Below the pieces are notes generated by a model. That model was given only the letters and a program-made list of their open reading frames with translations. It made no database searches and was not told the DNA's origin. A stretch of 63,073 nt of DNA, counting the filler, from Craspedostauros australis (Eukaryota), in the NCBI GenBank assembly GCA_030167865.1. It is 11 parts of 11 records of this genome, joined end to end, with 100 filler letters (N's around TTAATTAATTAA, not from the genome) between each part and the next. Parts side by side here need not be neighbours in the genome. Positions count along the whole stretch, not along the records: positions 20,647 to 27,653 come from JALAGF010005874.1; positions 27,754 to 30,179 come from JALAGF010005875.1; positions 30,280 to 34,876 come from JALAGF010005876.1; positions 34,977 to 53,253 come from JALAGF010005878.1; 7 more parts are not named here. One strand, given 5' to 3'. The position numbers and the translations under genes were made by a program. This document shows, one piece after another, positions 24,780-38,239 of the stretch; the first letter of the stretch is position 1; each line of letters begins with the position of its first letter.

Positions 24780-27653
24780 ATGACATCAACGCCAACGATG
24801 ACGACAACGACAACAATGACAACAACGACATCATCTCGCGTGCCGCTGGCCGACACACCCCGGTCCAACATGCTGCACAAGAACAGGACGAGCAGCACGA
24901 AGAGCCTCAACGATCCATCGACCAACATGTCAGACACAGACTCGCTCACCAGCAGCGGGCTCTCCGATGCCCAGCAGCAAAGCTCTTCTTTGAAGTTCGA
25001 CCGCGCTGGAATCGTTGGGCGGGACAAGGAGAAGCGGGTGCTGTCCAATGCCATCAACCAGATGCTTGACAGAAAGCGAGCCACCCAAGGCACGCGAAGT
25101 CTGGATAGCACCAGCATCACCACCACCAGTAGCAGCACCAGCAGTCAAAGCTTCACCTCCAAACACAACAGTGAAGATGAGATGCATCACAAACAACAAC
25201 GTCGCGGGCAGCGCCATCGCACAAGTCTCAAGACAGTATGCTTCATCTCGGGACCATCAGGAAGCGGCAAGTCCGCACTCGCNATGCACTACAAGCAGCA
25301 CTGCCTCGACAACTTCGCCTTCTTCATTTCTGGCAAGTTCGATCTCCAGCAGATGGAGGAACCGTACGCGGGCATCAAGAACGCGATGGACCAGCTGGTG
25401 GAGCAGATCATGGCATTGCCTCAGGAGGATACTCGTATGGCTGATGCGGCAGTGGATGATCCGCGAAGATTCTCGACATTGCACCAATCGTTGATTCGGC
25501 GTCTGTCGTCGAAGGAGCTCAAGACTCTGTACAAGATCATTCCAGGTCTACTTGAGATGATGGTCGGCGAGAGCACCAGCAATACANNNNNNNNNNNNNN
25601 NNNNNNNNNNNNNNNNNNNNNNNNNNNNNNNNNNNNACGTCGCGGGCAGCGCCATCGCACAAGTCTCAAGACAGTATGCTTCATCTCGGGACCATCAGGA
25701 AGCGGCAAGTCCGCACTCGCAATGCACTACAAGCAGCACTGCCTCGACAACTTCGCCTTCTTCATTTCTGGCAAGTTCGATCTCCAGCAGATGGAGGAAC
25801 CGTACGCGGGCATCAAGAACGCGATGGACCAGCTGGTGGAGCAGATCATGGCATTGCCTCAGGAGGATACTCGTATGGCTGATGCGGCAGTGGATGATCC
25901 GCGAAGATTCTCGACATTGCACCAATCGTTGATTCGGCGTCTGTCGTCGAAGGAGCTCAAGACTCTGTACAAGATCATTCCAGGTCTACTTGAGATGATG
26001 GTCGGCGAGAGCACCAGCAATACAATTGCAGATCGACAGAACAAGGACCACGACCTCCAAGAAATTAGCGATGATGATGTCAGCGCAAGTGCCGATGGGG
26101 ATGCGAGCACATCATTGCGTGGCATTCGTGAACAATCTCTGACCAAACAGTCTTCGTTCACGAGCACATCCACCTCAGGATCGGCTGTTCATGGACTCGA
26201 TCTATCCGCTCAACCATCAACAGCCACAATCACAGAAGGATACAAAGCGAAGTCCGATCGAATCAAGCACACGCTCAAGCGATTCCTTCGGATCGTCTGC
26301 AATCACAGCCCGCTGGTGATCATGATGGACGACATCCAATGGGCTGACAAGGCATCGATCGACATCATGCAGACATGGGCAATGGATGGCGAGATCTCAT
26401 CCCTGATGATCATCGGATGCTTCAGATCCAACGAGCTTGAGCAAAGCCGAGACCTTCAAGACATGATCATGGCTCTTCAAGAATGCAAGCGAGAGAGATC
26501 CATCCGTGTCCTTGACATCCCGATCCAAGATCTACCGTTGCAGAGCGTCCGCCANNNNNNNNNNNNNNNNNNNNNNNNNNNNNNNNNNNNNGACGTGAAC
26601 GGTCTTGCTGACATTGTGCACCGCAAGACTGGAGGCAACATCTTCTTCATGAAGCAGTTCCTCGAGTCGTTGGTGTACGAGAAGCTGCTGTCCGTGAATG
26701 AGGACGACGGGATGAAGTGGATCTGGGACGAGCAGAAGATCGTGGCTGGGTCATCCGCCACGGCCAATATGGTTGATCTGATGAAGCAGAAGCTGGATCG
26801 TCTGGACGCTGCTCGTCACGTGCTGCCGATCGCGGCATGCCTTGGATCCACATTCTCGAACCGCAGGCTGATCCTTGCGATCCGGACACTGTCCATCCAC
26901 TCNNNNNNNNNNNNNNNNNNNNNNNNNNNNNNNNNNNNNNNNNNNNNNNNNNCGCGGCATGCCTTGGATCCACATTCTCGAACCGCAGGCTGATCCTTGC
27001 GATCCGGACACTGTCCATCCACTCTGACCACAGAGTATTCTTCAAGGATCTGTTGACGTCAGATGAGAATGCTGTGCTGATGCCATCTTCGCAGTCATCG
27101 GATGCATCTCAGAGATCGGATGGATCACAACGGTCGCATGGTGCTTCATCCCTCCGTCAATCGGAGCGGTCACAAGAGCTGCAANNNNNNNNNNNNNNNN
27201 NNNNNNNNNNNNNNNNNNNNNNNNNNNNNNNNNNNGTCTGTGAGAGAGAAGGCCTCATCGAGCAACATCTGCATCGCAGCTCTCAACGCCGAAAGTCTGG
27301 AACGAAGGATACGGGCATCGGTACTCAGCAGCAGCCCACGAACAACGCCAATGGGAAGCAAGGGTATCGATACACCTTCATCCATGATCAAGTCCAGGAA
27401 GCTGCGCTGTCGCTCGTTCCTCAAGACAAGCTCTCCGAGCTGCGGCACAGAGTTGGTGATGTCCTGCTCACCTCATACTCGAAGGGTGAGATGCGAGAGA
27501 ACAAGGTCCACATGATCGCTGGCCTCATCAATGCCAGACTCGATCTCGTACCCGCCACTGCTCAGCACACCGATCGTCGCATGAGGATCGCCATGCTCAA
27601 CTCCAAGGCAGGTCAGCTCGCTGTCGAATGCGCTGCATTCCAAGCTGCGGCAG
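24780..27653 (+). CDS. STAND/AAA_16-type ATPase of the kind found in Ser/Thr kinase-ATPase-histidine kinase proteins; 3'-truncated, with gaps
   Basis: Walker A ISGPSGSGKS, SGKFDL, Walker B LVIMMDDIQWADKAS, HRKTGGNIFFMKQFL, YTFIHDQVQEAA. Confidence 0.85.
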
Positions 27654-27753
27654 NNNNNNNNNNNNNNNNNNNNNNNNNNNNNNNNNNNNNNNNNNNNTTA
27701 ATTAATTAANNNNNNNNNNNNNNNNNNNNNNNNNNNNNNNNNNNNNNNNNNNN

Positions 27754-29800
27754 CTTCAGCGTGTCGCCAGGGAGTGTGAGAATGCACGAGGACCATGTGG
27801 ATGGGCTGCAAGGATCGTAAGGATGCGGTATGGATCCATATCCATACCGCATCCGGATTGCAATCGGTTTTTTGACAACGTTCTTTTTCACTGCAGGGAC
27901 ACTTTGGGCCATGTCATGTGGGTATCTGTGGCCCAGCTTNNNNNNNNNNNNNNNNNNNNNNNNNNNNNNNNNNNNNNNNNNNNNNNNNNNNNNNNNNNNN
28001 NNNNNGATGATGATGATCATGGGTGCTGAGAGGAGGGCAACATTGCTTGATCGAGAATTTTTTGAATCCACCACACAATTGTGTGGTGGATCAACATGAA
28101 AATAAAAACAGCTTCAATATCAATTAAACTTCAATATTCTGATTAACAGATAGTCAGGCGTCTGAACTCAATGTTTAGCTTCAATTTTTAAGTGATGTGT
28201 TGTTGAGATATAGCATGGTAAGCAGATTTTTGATGTGTTTTTTTGGATGGAATCTAGACTCGATTAAGTAGCATGACCAGGCACCCACAAAACTCCACAA
28301 CTCGTGTTATCGCGGCGAAGCACACCCCTCACAAAATTTCCGTCTCATCACCCAACACAGCCTCACTTTCTGCATGGACCTTCATTGTGTGAGCATCACA
28401 CCACCTCTGATTCTCCCATTCCTCTTCCTCTCTCTGCAACTCCTCTTCGATTCGTTCCTTCTCTGTTCCAGCTGATTCATTGTTGGTCGCCACGATTGCA
28501 GGTGCAGGTGCTGTTACTGTTGCTTTGCTTGTTGTGTTGGTGTCTGTCTTGGCAAGGGCAGCCTCCTTCTTTTGTTTGCGTTGCTTGGCGTTGTACGCTG
28601 CAGACAGCGACGCTTTGACGCGCATGGGATTTGCATGCAGTTGCACGTACCAGTCAGTTTTTGCTTTTTCGTCCGCCATCAATTGTTCGTGTGCTTCATG
28701 TTCGGACGGTCTGTTTTTTGGGTCCTTCGCGGACGCTTCGCAGATGCCTTTCAATTTGTCCGTGATGTAGTCTGGCAGATCCGCTGGTTTGCGCGTTGTT
28801 TTGCTCGCCCAGCCTTGGACTGCGAGTGATGGGTGTTCGGTTTCTGCGGTCTGGTCGCGTAACTTCGCGGTGTGATCGGATGGCAGGTGTTGTTGTCCGT
28901 CTTGGATGGCCTTGTCGAACACCAGCGCCTTGCTCTCTGCCGCGGTGCGCCCGAGTTTTCGCGTCTTGTTCGTCTTCCTGAACGATTCGGACGTTATCGG
29001 CAGCTTGTCGGACTTGTGTGTGTGAACATCGGCAACGCCCAGCTGGTTGATGATNNNNNNNNNNNNNNNNNNNNNNNNNNNNNNNNNNNNNNNNNNNNNN
29101 NNNNCTGTTGCTTTGCTTGTTGTGTTGGTTTTTGTCTTGATGAGGGCAGCCTCCTTCTTTTGTTTGCGTTGCTTGGCGTTGTACGCTGAAGACAGCGACG
29201 CTTTGACACGCATGGGGTTTGCGTGCAGTTGTACGTACCAGTCAGTTTTCGTTTTTTCGTTCTTCATCAATTGTTCGTGTGCTTCATGTTCGGACGGTCT
29301 GTTTTTTGGGTCCTTCGCGGACGCTTCGCAGATGCCTTTCAATTTGTCCGTGATGTAGTCTGGCAGANNNNNNNNNNNNNNNNNNNNNNNNNNNNNNNNN
29401 NNNNNNNNNNNNNNNNNNNNNNNNNNNNNNNNNNNNNNNNNNNNNNNNNNNNNNNNNNNNNNNNNNNNNNNNNNNNNNNNNNNNNNNNNNNNNNNNNNNN
29501 NNNNNNNNNNNNNNNNNNNNNNNNNNNNNNNNNNNNNNNNNNNNNNNNNNNNNNNNNNNNNNNNNNNNNNNNNNNNNNNNNNNATCGGCAGCTTGTCGGA
29601 CTTGTGTGTGTGAACATCGGCAACGCCCAGCTGGTTGATGATCCACCCTTCCCATTCAGCGCTCTTCACCACGATGTCTTCGGTGATGCCAGATGCAGCC
29701 ACCAACCGCGCCTGGTCATCGTCATACTTCACCTCGTGAGTCTGACGTACCTGTTGTCCAGATGCGCGGAATCGTCGTTTTGGTGCGCCAGGAAGCGTCG
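27754..29800 (-). mobile_element. Sola-like element copy (ORF 29800-28329), interrupted by an LTR
   Basis: Same protein as 2-1400 and 30281-31332; homology stops abruptly at 29800. Confidence 0.7.
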
Positions 29801-30179
29801 TGTTGGCAAGTTCCGCGCACGGTAACCTACGATCGTGGAAGATGGTGTTGGTTGATAGTCGTTCGTTTGCTATTTCATTACTTGGCTACTCNNNNNNNNN
29901 NNNNNNNNNNNNNNNNNNNNNNNNNNNNNNNNNNNNGCTTCAATCTGTTTCGTAGATTCAGTCTCCGACTATGAGTCGGTACGCGAGATACTCTCTCGCT
30001 TCTCTCTCTCTGTATTCTCTCTCTCTCTCTCTCAACATCGTGTACTCGTTGTGCACGATACTCCGTGTTCGATACGTACTCTGTATTCAACACTCCGTTC
30101 ATTCAGTACTGGCTCCTACTCCGTGAGTACTCGCCATTTGAAGTTCACCTTCTGTATCCATGATGCTGATGCCCTTCGG
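29801..30179 (+). mobile_element. LTR family A, 5' part
   Basis: TGTTGGCAAGTTCCGCGCACGGTAACCTACGATCGTGGAAGATGG...; closely similar to 59653-60010. Confidence 0.75.
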
Positions 30180-30279
30180 NNNNNNNNNNNNNNNNNNNNN
30201 NNNNNNNNNNNNNNNNNNNNNNNTTAATTAATTAANNNNNNNNNNNNNNNNNNNNNNNNNNNNNNNNNNNNNNNNNNNN

Positions 30280-33200
30280 TGTACTGCGAAAATACGTGCA
30301 AAGTGGACATGACATCAAGACCCCGTTCCAAGTCTTCGAGGCACTGCAAGCCGGCAGCATCGCAGGTACGACAACAGTACTAGTCGACGCGTCAGCCCTT
30401 GAAGGCAACATCACGACGTTGCCTGGTGCACCAAAACGGCGATTCCGCGCAAGTGGACAACAGGTACGTCAGACTCACGAGGTGAAGTATGACGATGACC
30501 AGGCGCGGTTGGTGGCTGCATCTGGCATCACGGAAGACGTCGTGGTGAAAAGTGCCGAATGGGAAGGGTGGATCATCAACCAGCTGGGCGTCACCGAGGA
30601 AGAATCGTACACGTCCGAGAAGCTGCCGATCACGTCCGAATCATCCAGGAAGACGGACAAGACGCGAAAATTCGGTCGCACAGCGGCGGAGAGCAAGGCG
30701 CTGGCGTTCGGCAAGGCCATCGCAGACGGACAACGACACCTGCCATCCGATCACACCATGGCACTACAAGACCAGACCGCGGAAACAGAACACCCACCAC
30801 TCGCAGTACAAGGCTGGGCGAGCAAAACAACGCGCAAACCAGCGAAANNNNNNNNNNNNNNNNNAGCAAAACAACGCGCAAACCAGCGAAACTACCAGAC
30901 TACATCGCGGACAAATTGAAGGACATCTGTGAAGCGTCCGCGAAGGATCCGAAAAACAGACCATCCGAACACGAAGCACACGAACAATTGATGAGCGACG
31001 AAAAAACAAAAACTGACTGGTACGTACAACTGCACGCAAATCCCATGCGCGTNAAAGCGTCGCTGTTTGCAGCGTACAACGCCAAACAACGCAAAGAAAA
31101 GAAGGAGGCCGCTCTCATCAAGGCAGAAGCCAACACAACAAGCAAAGCAACAGCAACATCCAGAATTGTGGCGACCAACAATGAATCAGCTGGAACAGAG
31201 AAGGAACGAATCGAAGAGGAGTTGCAGAGAGAGGAAGAGGAATGGGAGAATCAGAGGTGGTGTGATGCTCACACAGTGAAGGTGAATGCAGAAAGTGAGG
31301 CTGTGTTGGACGCCGAGACGAAAATTTTGTGATGGAGGTGCTTCGCCGCGATAACACGAGTTGTGGAGTTTTGTGGGTGATGGGTCGTGATACGTAGGCT
31401 AATCTAGAGAGCATCCAAAAACCATCCAAACANNNNNNNNNNNNNNNNNNNNNNNNNNNNNNNNNNNNNNNNNNNNNNNNNNAGAGAGGAAGAGGAATGG
31501 GAGAATCAGAGGTGGTGTGATGCTCACACAGTGAAGGTGAATGCAGAAAGTGAGGCTGTGTTGGACAACGAGACGAAAAATTTGTGATGGTGGTGCTTCG
31601 CCACGATAACACGAGTTGTGGAGTTTTGTGGGTGATGGGTCGTGATACGTAGGCTAATCTAGAGAGCATCCAAAAACCATCCAAACATCTGCTTATCATG
31701 CTATATCTCAATGATACAATGTTTACAATTAAATCTAATCATTTCATTCATACACCTGACTATATTCGAATCAGAAAATCGAAGTTAAATTGAAATAGAA
31801 GTTATTTTTTGTCATGTTGGCCACCACACAGTTGTGCGGTGGAATCGACAAAATTCTGGATGGCAACATGCTGCTCTTGCCTCAGCCCCCATGATCATCA
31901 TCCTCATCCTGATATTTCAGTAAATTGCGCACCACAATGACTTGGTATACCCCCCATCTATCCAATCCATGAAGCTTGGCCACAGATACCCACATCTAAT
32001 GGGCCAAAGTGTCCACACACTGGAAAAGAGCGATTTCGAAAAGCCGTTTTCAATGCGGACATGGTACGGATATGGATCCATACCTCATCCATATGACCCT
32101 TTCAGCCCCTCCACATGACCCTCGTGCATTGCCACACTCTCTGACGACATTCTGATGCATTCAGAATGGTTTGGGCATGGATGGTACCAATGGTACACCT
32201 CCATTTGGCAATGCCAATTGTTTTTTTGCCGCCCCACCAAGAGCGACAATTCCTTGGATATTGTCGACCGCAGCCTCTCCCAGACAATATCCACGGCGCA
32301 TACTTCGTGACGAGCATCTTGAGCCGATGTCGTACGTATTCTCAATGGGTGGTTTGGCGATTGGACGACCTGTTGATAGCGCCGATCACAGCCAAATGCA
32401 CGCGATGGGCGCGCCGCCACCCCCCCAAAACCTTCTGCTCTCCACCTTTTCGTCCGCGCGGACACCTTCGCGGGAGTCTCCGAGCCTCAAACTTCACGGG
32501 AACCTTGTAAATTGCCTCCTGTGTGTGTCTTGCGAATCCACAGGCGCTGGTGTGGCTTGTGTATTGCATACACAGGTCTCATCCAATGAGCCGATCTGCC
32601 GCCAAAATGTGTCCTTCGTTCGAGGGGCTGCCGCCGCCCCAAATCAGCCTCTATCGCAGCCCCCTCTCGCCCACCCACCAAGGGTTGCATCGCGGTGACG
32701 GCGATGTGCGTGGATGTTGCATTGGACGGCTGGTTGGTGCGGCGCTGCGGATGCCGTTGGACGGCCATTGTGACGTTTTTTTTTGTGTTCCACCATTGTC
32801 ATCTTGTTGTGTCGAGTTTGGCGCTCTCAGCCAGTCGGGCATCTTGGGGGCTGAGGTAAATGTCAAACATTGNAACGAANGTACGAAAAATGCATGACAC
32901 AAAACACTTCGAGAGNACCAACGCAACTCGANCGCTCTGTCNGGACGAAACGCAGCTGATGATGATTCACATCGTCCTGTGATTGGTGTTTCATGACGTA
33001 GTGTCAAGTGTTGTGACGTCGATAACAGATTAGACAAACATTGAGTAGAATGAATGTAAATGCGCTATGGCCGCTTCTCCCAAAACAGTACAACTAGCGC
33101 TATCGTGGGCGGGTGTTGGATGGTCTGANNNNNNNNNNNNNNNNNNNNNNNNNNNNNNNNNNNNNNNNNNNNNNNNNNTCCACCATTGTCATCTTGTTGT

Positions 33201-33822
33201 GTCGAGTTTGGCGCTCTCAGCCAGTCGGGCATCTTGGGGGCTGAGGTAAATGTCAAACATTGAAACGAACGTACGAAAAATGCATGACACAAAACACTTC
33301 GAGAGTACCAACGCAACTCGACCGCTCTGTCGGGACGAAACGCAGCTGATGATGATTCACATCGTCCTGTGATTGGTGTTTCATGACGTAGTGTCAAGTG
33401 TTGTGACGTCGATAACAGATTAGACAAACATTGAGTAGAATGAATGTAAATGCGCTATGGCCGCTTCTCCCAAAACAGTACAACTAGCGCTATCGTGGGC
33501 GGGTGTTGGATGGTCTGATCGGAACACCTCAAAAAGAGACTAAACAATTCAAAATGGGAACAACCTCGATGAAACAAAGAACAGCGAAGGGTTACATTGG
33601 ATCGATCTAGTCATTTATCTATGGCTGAAACGTAGAAGAGGTCAAAAAATGACAACGTTGATGGGTCCATAAAACTTAAAATATAAACTATAGCAATATG
33701 GACTTTATTTTTTCGTCATACCGTGATGGTTAGTATTCTTAATTTGTGGGTGGTTATCCATATATCCATAAAAAGTTGACATGCCTTATTCCGGACTGCA
33801 GGTCGACTCACTCGGGAGGGTC
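30280..33822 (+). mobile_element. Sola-like element copy (transposase C-terminus 30281-31332 plus 3' region)
   Basis: VLRKYVQSGHDIKTPFQVFEALQAGSIAGTTTVLVD...; colinear with 1-3248; ends GGTCGACTCACTCGGGAGGGTC. Confidence 0.7.
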
Positions 33823-34073
33823 CTAATCAAAACTCAGTACATGGTGCCAGTTGTCGCAGCAACTAATCCGTGACAAGCGCAATGGGATTCGTTTGTAGTC
33901 CTGGGAAATTTAGGAAAACAATAACAGGAAATGCTGACATTTTCCCTACATCCGGGAAAATGTCGTCTATTTCCCCTGCTCCCAGTCAGCATCTTCATCA
34001 TAAGACCGTGAACACATTGAGCAATCATCCAGCAATTGTTTGTCTACCAACAGCTCAACAACCAACGACCAAC

Positions 34074-34876
34074 ATGCCGAATGTCTCAGACGATCAACTC
34101 CTTCATGCTGCCAAGGCAGGTGATCTGTCGGTGTTGAAGAAATGGAAGGAGCAGAACGAAGGACGTGATGTCAACAAGGTCAAAGGCTGCAATGGCTACA
34201 CTCCCCTTCATTGGGCATGCATCTACGGCCACCTGGAGTGTGTCAAGTACCTCATCGAATCAACCAACGCCGATGTCAACTGCACAAGCAACGATGGCGA
34301 CACTCCACTTCATCGAGCATGCTACAACGACAAGTCTGAATGCGTCGAGTACCTCATCGAATCAACCAAGGTCAATATCGACATCCAAAACAACAACAAC
34401 GAAACACCCGTCGAATTAATCAAAGCGTACAATCAGGTCAAGATGATGACATCAATCATGAAGCGTCTCGGCCATCTCAGTCGTCGCAACTTGCAACTGC
34501 AGACACAGCTGCAAACAGAGACGCAGGTGCGCAAGCAAAGCCACACAAACACCATCACAACACCAACCAAGCACGACAATCCTAAAATCCACACAACAAC
34601 CAACATCAGCATCGGCCAAGATCGTCGCAGCGCTGTTCGTTCTGAGGCCAAGGCAGACACCACCTTCCTGTGCGGACAAGGCAACGAACAACAGCCAATC
34701 AAAGCAAACTCCGGAGTCCTCATGGTCACTGTTCCGTCCATTCAGACATTGATCGACTCAGGAATCCAACATCAGCATGTCGATGACGGCATTGATGACG
34801 GCACTGATTCTGCCACTGCCCTCACCCGCAGGCTCATCCCTCTTCCCAACCATCAACCCAAACATGTCCAACGTGT
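34074..34876 (+). CDS. Ankyrin-repeat protein with a probable BTB/POZ-like domain start (3'-truncated)
   Basis: GYTPLHWACIYGHLECVKYLI and GDTPLHRAC ankyrins; ADTTFLCG...IKANSGVL...IPLP resembles the BTB N-terminus. Confidence 0.75.
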
Positions 34877-34976
34877 NNNNNNNNNNNNNNNNNNNNNNNN
34901 NNNNNNNNNNNNNNNNNNNNTTAATTAATTAANNNNNNNNNNNNNNNNNNNNNNNNNNNNNNNNNNNNNNNNNNNN

Positions 34977-36920
34977 CCCCACAAGTCAGCCATTTCATGG
35001 GACTTGTGCCATCCTCCAGTAGTTGGAATGGTGTTGACAGATAGTTCATTGTGTGTTGACAGATAGTTCATTTGCCGTTGACCATGTTCATCTGCCATTG
35101 ACGATGTTCATCTCACATTAACACGGTTGCACGTGTTATCACATGTTGTTTGTGTTGTACTCATGCATCACTATCTCCATCACCAAGTTGATTCAGAGTG
35201 TGGATCTTGTTGTCACATGTGCGCATGGTCATGGTCAACATGTGTGTGTACTTACATGTACATGACACTGTGTATTGCAAGTACTGGTTGATGTTGAGTA
35301 CTTTGATCATCAATATCTCACGCTGTAGAGGTCCGTTGAAGGTGGTAGAAGTATTGACGTGTACGTATGGACGTGGTGCGTGTGTCTGTGCACTTAGATG
35401 TACGTGAACATGTGTTCATCATGGTGTAGCGTGGTGTACATGTTTCACACGGTGTATCGCGTGGCTCGTAGTATCCCGTGTTGTTTGGGAGTGTGTGTGT
35501 GAGCACATGGATGTGTGAGTATCACAGTTGATGGTGTTGACTTCCCCCTCCTCCCCCACAAGTCAGCCATTTCATGGGACTTGTGCCATCCTCCAGTTGT
35601 TGGAATGGTGTTGACTTCCCCCTCCTCCCCCACAAGTCAGCCATTTCATGGGACTTGTGCCATCCTCCTATAGTTGGAATGATATTAACAATAGTTCATT
35701 TGATGTTGACAGATAGTTCATTTGATGTTGACAGATAGTTCATTTGGTGTTGACTGTTGCATCACGGTCTCACCTGTTGTCGTGTGTTGTGCCTGGTTGT
35801 ACGGTGTGGCAGTGTGTGTGTTTGTGTGAGCATGTGGATGTGTGAGTATCACAGTTGATGGTGTTGACTTCCCCCTCCTCCCCCACAAGTCAGCCATTTC
35901 ATGGGACTTGTGCCATCCTCCAGTNGTTGGAATGGTGTTGACTTCCCCCTCCTCCCCCACAAGTCAGCCATTTCATGGGACTTGTGCCATCCTCCTATAG
36001 TTGGAATGATATTAACAATAGTTCATTTGATGTTGACAGATAGTTCATTTGATGTTGACAGATAGTTCATTTGGTGTTGACTGTTGCATCACGGTCTCAC
36101 CTGTTGTTGTGTGTTGTGGCTGGTTGTACGGAGTGGCAGTGTGTGTGTGTGTGTGTGTGTGTGAGCATGTGGATGTGTGAGTATCACAGTTGATGGTGTT
36201 GACTTCCCCCTCCTCCCCCACAAGTCAGCCATTNNNNNNNNNNNNNNNNNNNNNNNNNNNNNNNNNNNNNNNNNNNNNNNNNNNNNNNNNNNNNNNNNNN
36301 NNNNNNNNNTCCCCCACAAGTCAGCCATTTCATGGGACTTGTGCCATCCTCCAGTAGTTGGAATGGTGTTGACTTCCCCCTCCTCCCCCACAAGTCCGCC
36401 ATTTCATGGGACTTGTGCCATCCTCCTGTAGTTGGAATGATATTAACAATAGTTCATTTGATGTTGACAGATAGTTCATTTGCCATTGACAGTGTTCATC
36501 TCACATTGACGATGTTCATCTCACATTGACCATGTTCATCTCACATTAACGTGGTTGCACGTGTTATCACATGTTGTTTGTGTTGTACTCATGCATCACT
36601 ATCTCCATCACCAAGTTGATTCAGAGCGTGGTTCTTGTTGTCACATGTGCGTACGGGCATGGTGAACATGTGTGTGTGCTCACATGTACATGACACTGTG
36701 TATTGCAAGTACTGATTGATGTTGAATACTTTGATCATCAATATCTCACGTTGTAGAGGTCGGTTGAAGATGGTAGAAGTGTTGACGTGTGTGTACGGAC
36801 ACGTTGCGTGTGTGTGTACACTTAGATGTACGTGAACATGTGTACATCATGGTGTAGCGTGGTGTACATGTTTAACATGGTGTATCGTGTGGCTCGTACT
36901 ATCTCGTGTTGTTTGGGAGT
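34977..36920. repeat. Composite tandem array: 74-bp units nested in ~330-bp units, flanked by a ~510-bp direct duplication
   Basis: CACAAGTC...GACTTGTG core at 34980, 35557, 35631, 35884, 35958, 36219 (cut by gap), 36315 and 36389; 34977-35490 recurs at ~36385-36920. Confidence 0.92.
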
Positions 36921-37550
36921 TGCGGATGATGAACATTCGTCCGCACTTTCGGGGAGTTGCGGAACATCGATATTTTCCATACAAGAACGTCCGTACGTCG
37001 ACCGTATGTATTGCGCGCCCATACAAACGTCTGTACGTCGTCCGTCAATCGACCCAAACTTCGGTCTGGCCGTCGTACGTCACCGTGTTAAATCCTCGTA
37101 CATTAGGGTTTGATTGATTGCACCTGTGGACCTTCAGACGCAAGTTAGGGTTTATAAAAGCCGGAACCTGTGAAAGTCAAAGGTGATATTTTTGGCATTT
37201 TTGGTTGTGGTGGTGTGGAGTGGGCTCTTGGGCACGTTTATTGACGCTCGCTTTTGTCAACGGATGGATATTGAGCGAGCTGTGGGGTGTTGAAGTTTGT
37301 CATTATTTTGGGGGTTTTGTGGTATTTTGGGAGGTGGGGGACATGGACATTTGGTGGTACATTTGGGAGTTGCGGAAAATGGTGAATTGGGTGGTACATT
37401 AGCGTCCGTGCGTCGTCCGTAGTGTATTGGATTGTGGATAATCGGTCTGTCATTCGTCCGTTTGTGTGTGTGTACAGTCATTGGTCTGTACGTTGTTCGT
37501 TGTGAGTGCGTAGTGTGTAGTGTGTGTACAGTCGTTGTGCGTTGTTCGCT

Positions 37551-37611
37551 GTGAGTGTGAGGGTGAGGGTGAGGGTGAGTGTGAGTGCGAGGGTGAGGGT
37601 GAGGGTGAGTG
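37551..37611 (+). repeat. (TGAGGG)n/(TGAGTG)n telomere-variant hexamers
   Basis: GAGGGTGAGGGTGAGGGTGAGT occurs twice. Confidence 0.85.
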
Positions 37612-38239
37612 CATGCCATTGCTGCTCATGTGTGTCGTAGGGTGTAGTGACGTCCTTGTATTGTGGGTTATTGTGCAATGGCATGTTGTGTGATCGAGTT
37701 TTGACTTTGTGGGCATTGTTCGGGCACTTGTGTGTGTGTGTTTTTGCTGCCAGTGTGTTGGGGGCTATTAGCAACATTCTTTTTGGGGTTGTTGTGCATT
37801 GGGGTGTAGTGAGCTGTATCTTGATGTATGATTGGTGCTGTCAAGTGTTAGGGTGATGCTTTTGTGTCCTGGATTATTGTGCTTTGGTCTGTAGTGAGCA
37901 GTGTTTTGATGTATGATGGGTGCTGGAAATTGCTTTGGTTTTGTGCATTTTGTTATCGTGCATGGGCATTTAGTGAGCAGTTGGTGTCATGTTGTGCCAT
38001 GGCCTTGTCTCTGTGCATGCTTTGTGTGTCTTGTGTGCCTTTGCTACTCGTGTATTGAGGGTTGCAGGTTATTAGCAATGTTGTATCTTGGTTGTTTGTG
38101 CATTTCCTCGTTGTGAGCAGTGTGTGAGCAGTGTGTGAGTAGTGTGTCATGATTTGGCCATTTAAGTTTGTAGGGAACCATGTGATCAGTGTGTGTGCAC
38201 TGTGTGCGCTGTCTGTGTGTGCGTGTTGGCCAGTGACTG

